Below, in pieces: positions 42,759-55,830 of a stretch of DNA of 64,000 nucleotides. Positions within the stretch are counted from its first letter, which is position 1. Every line of letters starts with the position of its first letter. Source of the stretch: Lama guanicoe (Eukaryota); NCBI GenBank assembly GCA_013239625.1, contig MU056050.1, forward strand, positions 2,652,084-2,716,083. The letters are read 5' to 3'. The position numbers and the translations under genes are program-made. The notes under the pieces are model-generated. The model saw nothing but the letters and a program-made list of their open reading frames with translations, was not told the DNA's origin and ran no database searches.

Positions 42759-45700
42759 CATTATTGATTTTGCTGGTTATTTCTACCTATTTTTGCTCTT
42801 GGAGTCTAGTTTCCTTGTATACTTGGACATCTTTGACTGTGTGTTGCACACTGTATTTAAAATTTTTTTGTAAGAATAATTTGAGATCAAGAGTAAAGGT
42901 GACTTCCTCCAAAAAGGATATGGATTTAGCTCTGTTAATCACTTGGGGGTACCAGCAGTATGGCTCTGCTTTAAGTCTAGTACAAGGATTGAAGTTCTCT
43001 GAATGACCCAGAGAATCCGACTTGGGCTGTAATCCCATGTAAGGACTGTCTCAATTCTGGTTCACCATTTCCCTGAGGGTGTAGCACTTTGGGGTCCCAG
43101 CTTAGTCTGTGGAGGATCTCCTGTTTGTGAAGGACCTGGGCTTTGACTTCTATCCTGCTGCTACTTGTTCTTTGAGTTTTCAAAGTGAAAATTCAAAATT
43201 TGGGGGACTGTCAAAAACTCAGAAAAAAAGTTGCTTTGTTCTTACTTACCTTTCTGGTGACTATTTTCCCTTTACTTTTGGCCTGGTAATTCCACACTGT
43301 CTTGTTGGGTCTTTTATACTTTTAAGATGGCAATTTTTATACTGTATCCAGTGTTTTCCATTGCTTTCAGTAGGAAGGTTGTCCAAATAATCTAGCCCTC
43401 AATGACCGTAATTAGGAAGCTAGCATTTAATTCCATCCTGTTTTATTTTCTATCTCTTCTGCAAGGTGAAGGCCATTTCTCAGGCTCAGTTTCTCATCCC
43501 CTGTATGTGATCACTCAAACAGAGGATGACATATTTCCACAAGAATAAGCAGTAGTTTTAAGGCAAAGGACAGTTCCCCAGGGCAAAAAAACAAAAACAA
43601 AAACTCTGCAGAAACATAAGGTAACTTTAGTTTAACTACATCTAACAATTTTTGCAACAATTTATATTACCAAACAGAACTCCATTTGTCAGTCTAAAGA
43701 CATCTTCATACAGGTTGCTTCATAGTTTCCTTTAAGAACAAAATATCATTACCTCCTTTGCATGTATGGAACTAAAGGGCCCATTCAAGAGTTCTCCCCA
43801 ACCTCTCCTACAAAAGCAGCAGCTTGAACTAAAGATGAATTCACATTCCTATTCCCAAGCTCAGTGCTTGTATCTTGCAAATAAAAATCTTCTCAACTTT
43901 TATCCACCAATATTTTCAAAAAATTCCTAGGCCTCAAAATTCATCCTAGGCACCTTATTAACTTTCCATCATTTAACAGGCAGATTCCAACTGAATCCTT
44001 CCCCCATCTTTCCTCTTTCCAACCTTGACAGTTTAAATGGAACAAAAGTTGATGACCTACAATGCTGCCTTTCATAAAAGCTGCCTGTTGCTGAATAGGT
44101 CTTGCCAACACATTTGCTTATAAAAAGCAGGTACCTCTGTGGCAATATTTTATTCCAACGATGCTTTTTCCATTCTACCAGTACATGCCAAAACTGCAGT
44201 CACTTTGGTTGACTGCCCTTAGTACAATGGAGTCAAGTGTTTAGCTTTACATTTTTTGGTCTTGTGTGTTCACTGGCTAAGATGCCCAAGCTGAGATGGT
44301 TTAACACATCAAAGAGACACTGAATTTATGAATAAGGAAGAGGGTAGTACTTGAAGAGGCTCTCTAGTGGTTTTTAAATTTGAAAATTAGTGCTCACTGT
44401 CCAGCAAGTTTTTATTTATTATTTGATAGAAGTACAGGGTGTTTCAAAGAAGCATCTTAAAATACTGAGATTTAGAACAACTTGTTTTAACATGAGAAAG
44501 TTTGTTTACTGGGTATAGATGGAAATGGAGTTGAGAGTGTCTGTGTATAATAGAAATTCCATCAGAAAGAAGGATGAGGGGAGGGAGGAAGGGCAGGAGA
44601 CAGCTTCCTCTTAGGCAGAGGAGAAGAACGGACAATTTGGTTAAATCTAGTCACCTGCCTCCTCCTGTCCCTCCAAGTTTGTAGGTACAATTACTTGAGG
44701 ATATTCTAGATATGGTAATAAGTAACTCTCAATGTTAGCACCTTAATGCAACAAAGATTTATTTTTCCCGCATATTCTATATAGATCTGAGGGACTTTCT
44801 AGCACAACTGTACCTCTCTGTGGTAACTGTACCATCCAGACTGATGGGGATTTCACCATCCAATAATTGTACTGTCTTAAACATGTGGTTGTTTAAACTT
44901 GACTGATGTAACATGGGAAGAAAGAAAGTTTGAGGATCTTGCACAAGCAATTAAATACTCCATTCCAGAAGTGGTACTGCCACTTTAGCCTGCAAGACAC
45001 TGGCCAAACTTGTCACATGGCCCTGACCAAGTTCATGATGGATAGAGAAGTGTAACTTCCTACGTGTTTGGAAGGAGAGGAAAACCAGACATCAATGAGT
45101 GTGAGAAGTCTCTACCACAGACCTGCACAACTGAGACTCTTTCCCTGTCTTGCAAGTTATTGTGTCATAAGATGTAAGTGGAAATGTATGGTTCTTAGTC
45201 ATAGAATACAAGCCTGTGCTACACTGTGGAGAGGAAGGAGCCATTTCTCTTTAAAAAAAATTCACTCCCAGTCCTACTGCCATTAGGATGAAGTTCAAAT
45301 TCTGATTCCATGGTTTGCAAGGCTCTCCAAGACCTTGTTAAAAAGAAAACCTCCAGGCTCAAAATGGCATCACTGGTGCTAAGGCCCACGATACCAAACA
45401 CAGGTTTAATACCTAGCCTAATTTTAGTTTTGACCTTCACCAGAAAAGTAATCTCCATCACACAGTCTGGAACTTTATGGTCAGCATTGGTGAGGTCATC
45501 TGCCACACGGGGCTCTCCCCACCCTCCAGAGAGAAGGCAGTGTACTTGTCTTCCTCACCAGGATGTGAGCTCTATGAGGGCAGAGGCCATGTCTGTCTTG
45601 TCCAATGCCCACCATATGGCTTAGCAATTAATGGGTGTTCATATATTTTTGTTAATGAATTACTAAGTAAAGGAATGAATGAATGTCAGACATTCTTTAT

Positions 45701-46504
45701 CTCCTGATGTCAGGATTCTCCTGGTACCTCAGACTCCAAAGAAATTGCTGGTTTTTACTGGGAAGGAGCTCCCACTGACCTTCTTGTTTAATTGATGCAT
45801 ACTTGCAGCACAATCTTCTAGATACATGCAGGGCAAAGCAGCCAGGTTCAGGGGTTGGAGGATGGGGCAATAAGGTAGTGGTGGTGCTCATGTTCCTGGT
45901 GGGTTAGTGGTATTGTCTGTGTAATTGGAGGCTGTTTTTTTTTCATATTTGTACTTAATTTTTTAAGAAAATTTCAACACAATATAATAAATGTTGTCAT
46001 AAAGATGTGCAGGAATCAGTTTCTAGTATAATTATTCATTTATACTACCTACAGCTTTTCCTCTTCATCTTTGGGTCCTCAGTGTCACAGCCATTGCCTC
46101 TTGCATCACAGAGATTTTTTTTTAAAGTATAATTGGCCTACAACACTATGTTAGTTTCAAGTGCACAACATAGTGATTCATATGATTTTTCTTAATGTCA
46201 CGTCTGTCTCTCTCAAGTGGGATGCCAATTCCATGAGGACTGGTGCCAAGTTTTCTACCACTTTTGAGGCCTCCAACTTTGCTGGCCCAGCACGTTTAAC
46301 ACTTGATAATCAGCTTCCCCAGGAGCTGACTAAAAGTTGTGTGCAGGAAGGCTGATGAAGATTTTGAGGTTCATTGGCAAAGGTAACTGGAGCAGAAGTG
46401 TGCTCTTGCCCTTGTTTAATTAGAGGTGTGGGGTCCTCTTGAGTAAACACACGGCCATATGCTAATATTGGTTTTTTTTTTACCCCAGGGTGAACATTAA
46501 CTCT

Positions 46505-47040
46505 TATTTTTATCTCTCTTTTGTTTTAAATTTATTTTATTTATGTATTTATTTTTATTGAAGTATAGTTGATTTACAATGTTGTGTTAGTTTCAGGTGT
46601 ACAGCAAAGTGATTCAGACATATATATATATAGATGTGTGTGTGTGTATGTATATATATATATATTATATATATATATGTAATTTTCCCTTTTAGGTTAT
46701 TACAAGATATTGAGTATAGTTCCTTTGCTATACAGTGGATTCTTGTTGGTTTTCTATTTTATATATAGTAGTGTGTATATGTTAATCCCAAACTCCCAAT
46801 TTATCCATCCCCCCACCTTTTCCCTTTGGTAATCATAAGTTTGTTTTCTGTGTCTGTGAGTCTATTTCTGTTTTATAAATGAGTTCATTTGTATCAATTT
46901 TTAAGATTCCACATAGAAGTGATACCATGTATGATTTGTCTTTCTCTGTCTGACTTACTTCACTTAGTATAATCTCAAGGTCCATCCATGTTGCTGCAAA
47001 TGGCATTATTTCATTCTTTTTATGGCTGAATAATATTCCA

Positions 47041-47080
<40 letters not shown>

Positions 47081-47378
47081 ATATATACATACACACACAC
47101 ACATATACACACACATACATATATATACACACGTACATACATATACCACATCTTCTTTATCTATTCATCTGTCCATGGACATTTAGGTTGCTTCCATGTC
47201 TTTCCTATTGTAAATAGTGCTGCTAGGAACGTTGGGGTGCATGTATCTTTTTGAATTATGGTTTTCTCCCAATATATATGCCCAGGAATGAGATTGCTAG
47301 ATCATATGGTATCTCTATTTTTAGCTTTTTAAGGAACCTCCATACTGTTCTCCATAGTGACTGTACCAATTTACATTC
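46505..47378 (-). mobile_element. Lineage L1 3' end with (TA)n/(TG)n and (TATC)n/(CA)n microsatellites
   Basis: ttgaagtatagttgatttacaatgttgtgttagtttcaggtgtacagcaaagtgattcag...aggaacctccatactgttctccatagtgactgtaccaatttacattc. (TATC)n at ~47041-47080. Confidence 0.88.
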
Positions 47379-48174
47379 AATATTGGGTTACTGTTATAAC
47401 AACTTTGCTGTGGGAATAAAATTTCTTCCCAGGTCCTGTTATTATTTTAATGTGTAAATATGTCAACTACTAAGTCTCCTTGGAGAATCCCACCAGACAC
47501 TTCTGAAAAGAAAAAGGGGCGCTTTACATCTGGAGGAAGAGATTACTCCTGTCTTACCCTTGTGGATTTCTTATTCTGTACAATTAATGTCACAGTTTTC
47601 ATTTTACTGTGCCCTTCACTCGTCTTGAGTTTGACTAACCATGGACCTTTACAACTCATCCCAGAGAACCTGTGCATTCATTTATATGTTATGCCCAAGA
47701 AACAATGAGATATAAGCAATGTACAGTAAAAATTCAAAGGTGTGTGATAAGAGTTAACCTAAGTGTGAACACAAGGGTTGCAGAAATCTTGAGTAAATGA
47801 TCTCTAAATAAACGTTTACCTGTGTTAAAAAATAAAAGTTCAAAGTTTTAAGGAGATTCTAAGCTGAATCCTTTTATAAATTAAATGAGTCATACACTGT
47901 GAATAAATAACCCACACTTGATCTGGTTTAGTAATTTGCATTTTTCATATTGGAGTTTTCTAAGGTCAGGCACAATAATACTGAGAAATCACTTACTAAT
48001 GTCATTATTTTTGATAAGGAACAACCACCCACTTGCCAATATGTACTGTTGTAAACCAGTACAGCTGTAGAAATTAGTGCTGTTAACCAAGTTTTTCTGG
48101 TTCTCCTTGGCACATCATAGGGTTTCACCTCCTGGCCTCTCTGAGGTTGGGTGGGGCCATGTGAATTGTGAATA

Positions 48175-48335
48175 GTTGCTATGTATTGAATGTGTGTGTG
48201 TCCTCAAAATTCATATATTGAAGCCCTAATCCTCAATATGATGATATTAGGAGGTGGGGCCTTTGGGAGGTGGTTAGGTCCTGAGTGTAGAGCCCTCATG
48301 AACAGGATTAGTGCCCTTATAAGAAGAGGCATGAA
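48175..48335 (+). mobile_element. MLT1A/MST-like MaLR LTR 5' part
   Basis: tgctatgtattgaatgtgtgtgtgtcctcaaaattcatatattgaagccctaatc...gggccttt...gtgcccttataaga. Confidence 0.75.
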
Positions 48336-48866
48336 AAAATAAAAGAGTAAAATAAGGAATGACCAAAAAAAGAAGGAAGGAAGAGACACAAGAGAGATTA
48401 TTTTATAATCATTCCAAAATTTTCAATAGTTAAAATTATATTTAGAGTCTAATAACTCTTCATTTTCTTTCATTGATAAATACTATGATGAAATATCTTG
48501 TGATGACACACAAGGTATCTTTCCATTTCTTTGTATCATCTTCAATTTCCTTCATCAATGTTTTATAGTTTTCACAGTATAGGTAACCTCCTTGGTTAAG
48601 TTTATTTCTAGGTATTTTGTTGTTTTTGATGCAATGGAAATGTTTATGCCAGTTATAAAATTCTGGTTTTTGAAGTGGAAAAAAAAGTGAATGAAGGGCT
48701 GCAAATGGCAAAGTATTCTCCTTTCTTATGGGTGAGTTATACTCCATCACATATATATGCTGCATCTTCTTTATCCATTCATCTATTGATGTGCACTTAC
48801 AATGCTTCCATGTCTTGGTAATTATAAATAATGTTGCTGTTAACAATGGAGTGTATGTATCTTTTT

Positions 48867-49375
48867 TAAAAAATAGACTTTATTTTTTTAGAGCAGTTTC
48901 AAGTTTACAGCAGAACTGAGCAGAAAATAGAGTTCCCACATAGCCCTCTCCACCCACATATATATACTCCCCTCCCCTCAACATCCCTCATCAGTGTGGC
49001 ACATTTGGTACAACTGATGAACCAACAAGGGCACATTACTATCAACCAAAGTCCATGGTTTACATTAGGGTTCACTCTTGATGTTGTACATTCTGTGGGT
49101 TTTGACAAATGCATAATGACATGTAGCCACTATAGTATCATACAGAATAATTTCATTGCTCTAAAAATCCCTTGTGCTCCATCTATTCATTCCTCCCTCC
49201 CTCCCTCTCCCCAAACCCCTGGAAACCACAATCTTTTTATTGTTTCTGTAGTTATGCCTTTTCCAGAATGTCTTTTGGTTGGAGTTGTACAGTTTGTAGC
49301 CTTTTCAGACTGGCTTCTTTCATTTAGTAATGTGTCTTTTAAGTTTCTTCTATGCCTTTCATGGCTTGATAGATC
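48867..49375 (-). mobile_element. L1MC1-like 3' end
   Basis: tagactttattttttagagcagtttcaagtttacagcagaactgagcagaaaa...tcatggcttgatag. Confidence 0.75.
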
Positions 49376-50029
49376 TTTTTTTTTTACTGCACATATATTT
49401 TAAAATTTACATGTATGTACTGTTCATTGTTTCTAAGAATGTTTAGAGCTTTAGCTTTTTAAACTTACATAGTTATCAAAGGAATAAAGCCAACCACAAA
49501 ATAAGAATTAACTCAAAAAGATACGTACACCATGCTATTAAGAGCAACATTATTTGTAATTGCCAAGATATGGAAGCATCCCAAGTGCACATCAATAGTT
49601 GACTAGATAATGGAGATGCTATATACATATACATATATATATAGGAATACAACTCACCCATAAATAGAAAGATATTTTGCCATTTGTGGCCCTTCATTCA
49701 CTTATTTTTTTCACTTCAAAACCTAGAATTTTGTAACTGGCAGAGACATTTCCATTACATCAAAAACAACAAAATACCTAGAAATAAACTTAACAAAGGA
49801 GGTTACCTATACTCTGAAAACCGAAACGACACAAAGAAATGGAAAGACTTCTTGTGCTCTTGGATTGGAAGAATCAACACTATCAAAATGGCCACACTAC
49901 CCAAAGCAATCCACAGAACTAACGCAACGCCTGTCAAAATATTCACAACATTCCTCACAGAACTAGAACAAACAATTGCAAAATTTATAAGGAACCGCAA
50001 AAGACCCCGAACAGCCAAAGCAATCTTTC

Positions 50030-50600
50030 GTAGGTCTCTCTCTATTTTTTTTTCCCCTCTTTTGTCTTCTTTTTGTTCTCTTTTCTTATGGTTTGATGAC
50101 TAGAGAAGGTCCTTTAACATTAGTTGTAAAAGCTGGTTTGGTGGTGCTGAAATCTTTTAGCTTTCATTTATCTGTGAAGCTTTTGATTTCCCCATGAAGT
50201 CTGAACGAAAGCCTTGCTGGATAGTTTTCTTGGTTGTAAGTATCCCCCTTGCATCACTTTAAATATTTTGTGCCACTCCCTTCTGGCCTGTAGAGTTTCT
50301 GCTGAAAAATCAGCTGATAACCTTATGGGAGTTCCCTTGTATGTTATTTGTTGCTTTTCTCTTGCTAATTTTAATATGTTCTCCTTATCCTTAATTGTTG
50401 TCAATTTGATGACTATGTGCCTTGGTGTGTTCCTCTTTGGGTTGATTCTGTGTGGTACTCTCTGCGCTTCCAGGACTTGGGTGACTATTTCCTTTCCCAA
50501 GCTGGGGAATTTTTGGTTATTATCTTCCCCCCAATTTTCTCAGGTCCTTTCTCTCTCTCTTCTCTTTCTGGGACCTCTATAATGCGAATATTAGAGTGCT
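50030..50600 (-). mobile_element. L1 ORF1 3' half plus inter-ORF spacer
   Basis: ORF 50168-50500 (EAQRVPHRINPKRNTPRHIVIKL...ITYKGTPIRLSADFSAETLQARREW) is L1 ORF1p. Confidence 0.92.
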
Positions 50601-53600
50601 TGGGGTGTATGTATCTTTTTGAGTTAATTCTTATTTTGTGGTTGGCTTTATTCCTTTGATAACTATATAAGTTTAAAAAGCTAAAGCTCTAAACATTCTT
50701 AGAAACAATGAAAGTACATATATGTAAATTTTAAAAATATGTGCAGTATATTGTATATATGTATTTACATGCAACACATTGTATATGTGCAAACTGTTAA
50801 CAAATCTACCTAATAAAACTGAAAAAAGAAAAAAAAGAAGTATCTTGTGAGGACACAAATGGATTTCAAATCCAATCGAACTTTTTCATGTCAAGCACAG
50901 TATTTCAAAATAACAATGATGTTACAATTTGCAGAACACACAAGCAGATATCATGTGGCTAACTTGCATGCAATGAAAAGGGAGCATCAAACAGATGTTA
51001 AGTATGTGACATGTGAAGATATGGATTTGAGTCTGGTACCTGGAACTGCACCCACTCCCTCACTGTCCCCTTCCTCACTCTCTCCCCAAGCCTCCCTCAA
51101 ATCCTTGTCCCAGTGGTAGAGCATCTCCTTGTGTTCACTCAGCATGAAGCAGTGGTGCAGCCAGGGCTGGAAGTGTCCTTAGTACTGGATGCCTGTGAAG
51201 GATGTAGGGCAAGACTCCAGATTCTGTTCTGCAAGGTCTCTTTTCCGAAGAAAAGACCCTATCTAGGCTGCTAGCAGTTGGTGGCAACTGGCCTGGGGGC
51301 TCTCACTCCCCCAAGCCCTGTCTGCCCCAAACCCTAAGAAGGTCAAATATTCTTGCCCACTTCTCATCCTTGGCAGTACCCAGTGTGTCAGGGCCCACTG
51401 GTTAGGAAGCTCTGCTTCAACTTTCCCTAGAACTACACACAGAGGGTGGAGGAAGTCTCACCATGTTAGGCCTTCAGAAGATGGGTGTCTCCTTGTACTC
51501 TTGCTAGCTCTCAACCTGTCTGTCTAAGGTCCCTCTCTCTCTAAAGAGTTGCAGAAAGTGTTTTGGTTTCTTCCTCTGGATGCAGATGGAGACTTGCCAC
51601 TACTCAGACTGGACACGCTCTGAGGCTGAGGCCTGTGGGTGCTGTGAGCCACCCACAGCTGAGTATAACACTCCTCCTGTTTGTCCTCTGATACCTACAG
51701 AAGCTTCTGTGCCAGTGCAAGCCTCAACCACAGTGACACCAGGGGCGGGCTTGGACTGCTGAACGCCCAGCAGCGCCATGTTGTAGCATCAACAACAGCT
51801 GAAGGAAACACTCCGTAGGTGGACTGAGCAGGCTTCTAACTTTCTTTTCTCAAAGCAACACAAGCCAGCACTGACCCTCTGACATGAGTATGTGCCCCTG
51901 AGATTTGTTGAACTCTTGTGAGAGAGAGCACCCCAGAGAGGGCAGGCACATATTCTAATGATAGGTAAAATGAAGGGCTGGGGAGAATTTCATGAGAAAA
52001 GTAATAGAAATGTAATCGTTTTACTTCAAACTAGATCAGTGGTATATATATAGTTTCACAGTTTAAATTTGTTCTTTTCCCAAAACATAATTGCCTTAAG
52101 TTATTACTGGCTTCTGGCACAACTGGCCTTAAGAGAGATGTGATGACATATTAGAGTAGTGAAACAAAGTGGGCTGCCCTCTCCGTTAATCTTGCCTGTT
52201 GTGGATGTCAAATCTCATTGCAAACCTCATTTTCTTCAGGAAGCTAATCCCTGCTCTGTCAGATTCTTTAATCCTGGGTGCCCTTGGACAAGTAGAACAA
52301 AACTTCTCTGAGTTTTTTTTCCTATTTGTTCATCTGCTCAAATGTATAGGATTTAGTCTGCCAGTTGACTGCTCAATGGACTGAAGTGCTCCCCATCCCA
52401 TGGCTCTGGTCCATCTGGGGAATGGGGAGAAAAGAGCCAAGTACAAAAGAATGTTGGAACCAGAGTTAAGGTCCTGGGAGTTGCTTTCTTTTCTTCTCCT
52501 TGGAATTATAAATATCATTTAAGTCATGAAAGTGCCACCTGGGTTAACAGCCAAGTCACCGTCTTCCCTCACCCAGGCTGGTTTTCCAGCTCACCAATTG
52601 CATTTTCATTTCTTATTGACCCTCATGCTTCCTCCCCTATGCTCCCCTAAACAAGTGAAGCTTTCCCCCACCATAGCACTTAGGACTCTGCTTACTTCTG
52701 TGTCTTTCTCACTATACTAAAAACTCAGTGAGGTGAGGGCCTATGTCTGCCTTGTTCTCCACTGTACTTCCCACCTGGCATGTGGTCTACCTGGCATAGA
52801 GTCAGCATTCAATACATATTTATTGCATGAACTGAACCAAACTCTATTGGGCTAGGTGACCTGAGCAAATTTATTCCTTTCTCTAAGACTCAGTTTCCCT
52901 ATCTATAAAATGAGGGCTATGGGCTAGATACTCTCCAAGAGCCTTCCAGGTTCTAACATTTTAGAGCTTACTTTCCTCAAACCTCAATCCAATCCCAGTC
53001 ATGTTACTCCCTGATGACTTCACCCTCCATTTTGATAATACTGAAACTGTCCAAAGTGAGGTCTTGTAATATATCCTGCCCATTTCAAAATTATTTTGCA
53101 CAACCACTTCTTCTCCCTTGTATTACTTTCTGTTTCAAAGAAGAAAGCTTTCTTCTTCCATCCAAAGCTCACTCCTCCACCCCCACTCTCTACCTGACCC
53201 TGCTATTCTCTGATATCTTACTTTCATGTGTTCATTCAGTGAACATTTATCGAGCATTTACTATGTGCCAGATATCATGCTAGGACAGAACGATAAGTGT
53301 CCAATTCCTACCCTCAAAGGCTTTATACTCTTCCTCTATCATATCTCTGCAGATGCTCTCAAATCTTTACCTTTGGCCTGGATTCTTTTCCAAAGCTAGT
53401 TTTTTTTTTCTCTAGGCATCTCCATATGGATGTTCCATCAACCCCTTGTATCATATGTAACATAACCAAAACTAATTTCTTCTTCCCCAAACTGTTTTCC
53501 CTTCTTGTTGATATTCTTACTTGGGTTAGTAACTATATCATGGTCTGAGCCACACAGATTAGAGGTCCCAGAGGTACAGTTGCCTTCCTTCTTTTTACTA

Positions 53601-53602
53601 CC

Positions 53603-54225
53603 TGTGATAGGTGAATAATTGCTCCCCACAAGATAGCCACATCCTAATCACTGGAACCTGTGAATGTTACCTTGTATGGTAAAGGGACTTTGCAGATGTG
53701 ATTAACAATTTTGAGATGGGAAAATTATCCAGGTAAGTCTGATATAATCACAAGTGTCCTTAAAAGAGAGAGGCTGATGGAAATTTGACACAGAAGAGAA
53801 GATTTATATTCAGTATCTTGTAGTAACCTATAATGAAAAAGAATATGAAAAGGAATATATGTATGTACATGCATGACTGAAACATTATGCCGGACACCAG
53901 AAATTGACACATTGTAAACTGACTAGACTTCAATAAAAATATATATATAAGAAGAGGAGAAGACTATGTAACTGTGGGGGCAGAGACTGGAATGACACAG
54001 CCACAAGGCAAGGAATGCTGGCAGCCAACAGAAGCTGAAAGAGGCAAGGAACAGATTCTCCCCCAGAAACTTCAGAAAGAACCAGCTCTGCTTAAGCCTT
54101 GATTTTAGCCCCATAAGACTCATTTTGGACTTCTGGCCTCCAGAACTGTAAGAGAACAAATTTCTATTGTTTTAAGCCACTAAATTAGTGGTAGTTTGTT
54201 ACAGCAGCAGTAGGAAATGAGGACA
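53603..54225 (+). mobile_element. MLT1C/D-like LTR interrupted by an L1 3' tail (~53803-53949)
   Basis: tgtgataggtgaataattgctccc...ggaacctgtgaatgttacctt...tttgttacagcagcagtaggaaa. The L1 tail is flanked by an agaagag(a/g)aga duplication. Confidence 0.82.
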
Positions 54226-54619
54226 CTTCTTGAGTCTGACCTCAAATCTGTGGCTAAGTCCTTCTGAGTCTACCTTCACCTGTCTTCCAAATCCCTTCTC
54301 CCCTCACTATCTCCACCACTACTGCTCCAGTTCAAGATTTCATGACCTTTATTCCACGTTACTAAAATAGCTTTCTAGCTCGTCTCCCCTTTCTTAATTC
54401 TCACCTCCTCCAATTCATCTACCAGAGTGACTTTTCTAAAAACAAAGTGATTTTTTTTGTTTTTATATTTCCAAATATTTTGCCTGTAAATCTCTACTTG
54501 AACACATCCAGAGATGAGGAGCTTCCTGATTTATGATACAGTCAAAACAATGATTAGATAACTCAAGTTGTTTGAAAGTTATTCCTGTAACTTCTATCTA
54601 CTAGGCCTAAGTCTATCCA

Positions 54620-55830
54620 TCAGGCTGTTCCTGGTACCCAGTCTCTACTTCTGTTCTCCCTGTGCAGTTCACTTGACTATGCTGAACTGCCTTTCCCAGA
54701 ATTTCCTTTCCTGTGTATTTCCCAAGAGGGTGGGCCACAAGACAGATTCTTGTGTGATATTCACAGGGCAGAAATGAAGCAGCAGCCATTTTGTAGCTCA
54801 TACATGTTGCTAAGCTGTTGACTCACCTCATTGGTATGAGGCAAAGGCTGGGCCTGCCACTGCTCCTCCTCCCCCAGGATCGCTCTTCAGTGTCTCCAAC
54901 TCCTGGAACAGGTGTGTGGTTTGTTAGGACACCTATACACCAAAGTCAGAGGCAATCAGAACTGACAGGGGTTTCCGTCTGTCCTCATGGGCTCCAGCTT
55001 GTCCTTGTGGGTTTCCAGTGTTCTTGCTCTTTCCACTTTACACTTGTCTTCCCTTGCCACCTGCCTGCCCTGTGGTCTTCAAGCTGGAATATCCAATGCA
55101 AAGACAACAGCCTTATAGAGACCAAGAGACTGCTTAACCAACTCCCACAATTATATAATGTCAAATCTCTGAAGCAAACCCATATAACCTACACACATAT
55201 AGAATATATATATGTATATACAGTGGCTCCTAGCGGCTAGAGTCACTCCTAGGGGCTCTGCTTCTCGAATTACACCCTGACTGATGCATTCCCCCTGCTG
55301 GGACCATTTACTAGGGGATCATCTAGACCCTGAGCTATAGCCTCAGCTCTGTGCCAGGCTCTAGGACCCACCCTGACCACAGGTCAGAGGGAAGTTGATG
55401 GTTGCAACCCAACAATCTGAGACTCTTCCTCAGGTCGCTCTTGCTGCTGGGCCAGTGCTGAGCTCAGGTCCTACTTCTGACAACTGGGCAGCTGCCTTCT
55501 TCTTCAGACTCAGTCTCCTTCAAGCTCTAGTTCTGATCACTGGGGCCTGAGTGAGGGGTACTTTTGCTCCCACCATGTTCTCACTGTAGTCCATACAGTG
55601 AGGGACTAGGAGGATAGAAACCAGAGAAGATTCTGAGCAGTAACTCATGAACCACATCTTTGGTGCTCTCTCATTGGTTGCCACAACTGCCATCTCCTTT
55701 GGCACTCACTTATCTCCACTGGAGTCAGATTCCTAGAAGAGGGAGTTGAATAGGGCTGGCTTGGGTCACATGCCCATCCTTGTGTTTAAGGAGGTGGGGA
55801 CTAATGATTGGCAGTACAACAGGATCCTAA
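54620..55830. mobile_element. ERVL/MaLR LTR-derived fragments
   Basis: LTR-like termini (ctctgcttctcgaattacaccctgactgatgca; ttgggtcacatgcccatcctt). Confidence 0.45.

Larger units (their letters stand above)
48490..50857. mobile_element. Nested composite retro-insertion: + strand chimeric retrocopy interrupted by a - strand insertion carrying a related chimeric copy
   Basis: Outer direct repeat at 48490-48510 and 50837-50857, with AATAAA (50812) and poly(A) (50822-50836). Inner direct repeat at 48851-48866 and 50605-50620. Inverted repeats 48509-48866 vs 49515-49856, and 49385-49531 vs 50604-50748. Confidence 0.7.

Noticed and set aside
54818..55240. 140-aa ORF
   Set aside because: Lies in LTR-derived sequence, has a non-ATG start and shows no recognisable homology.
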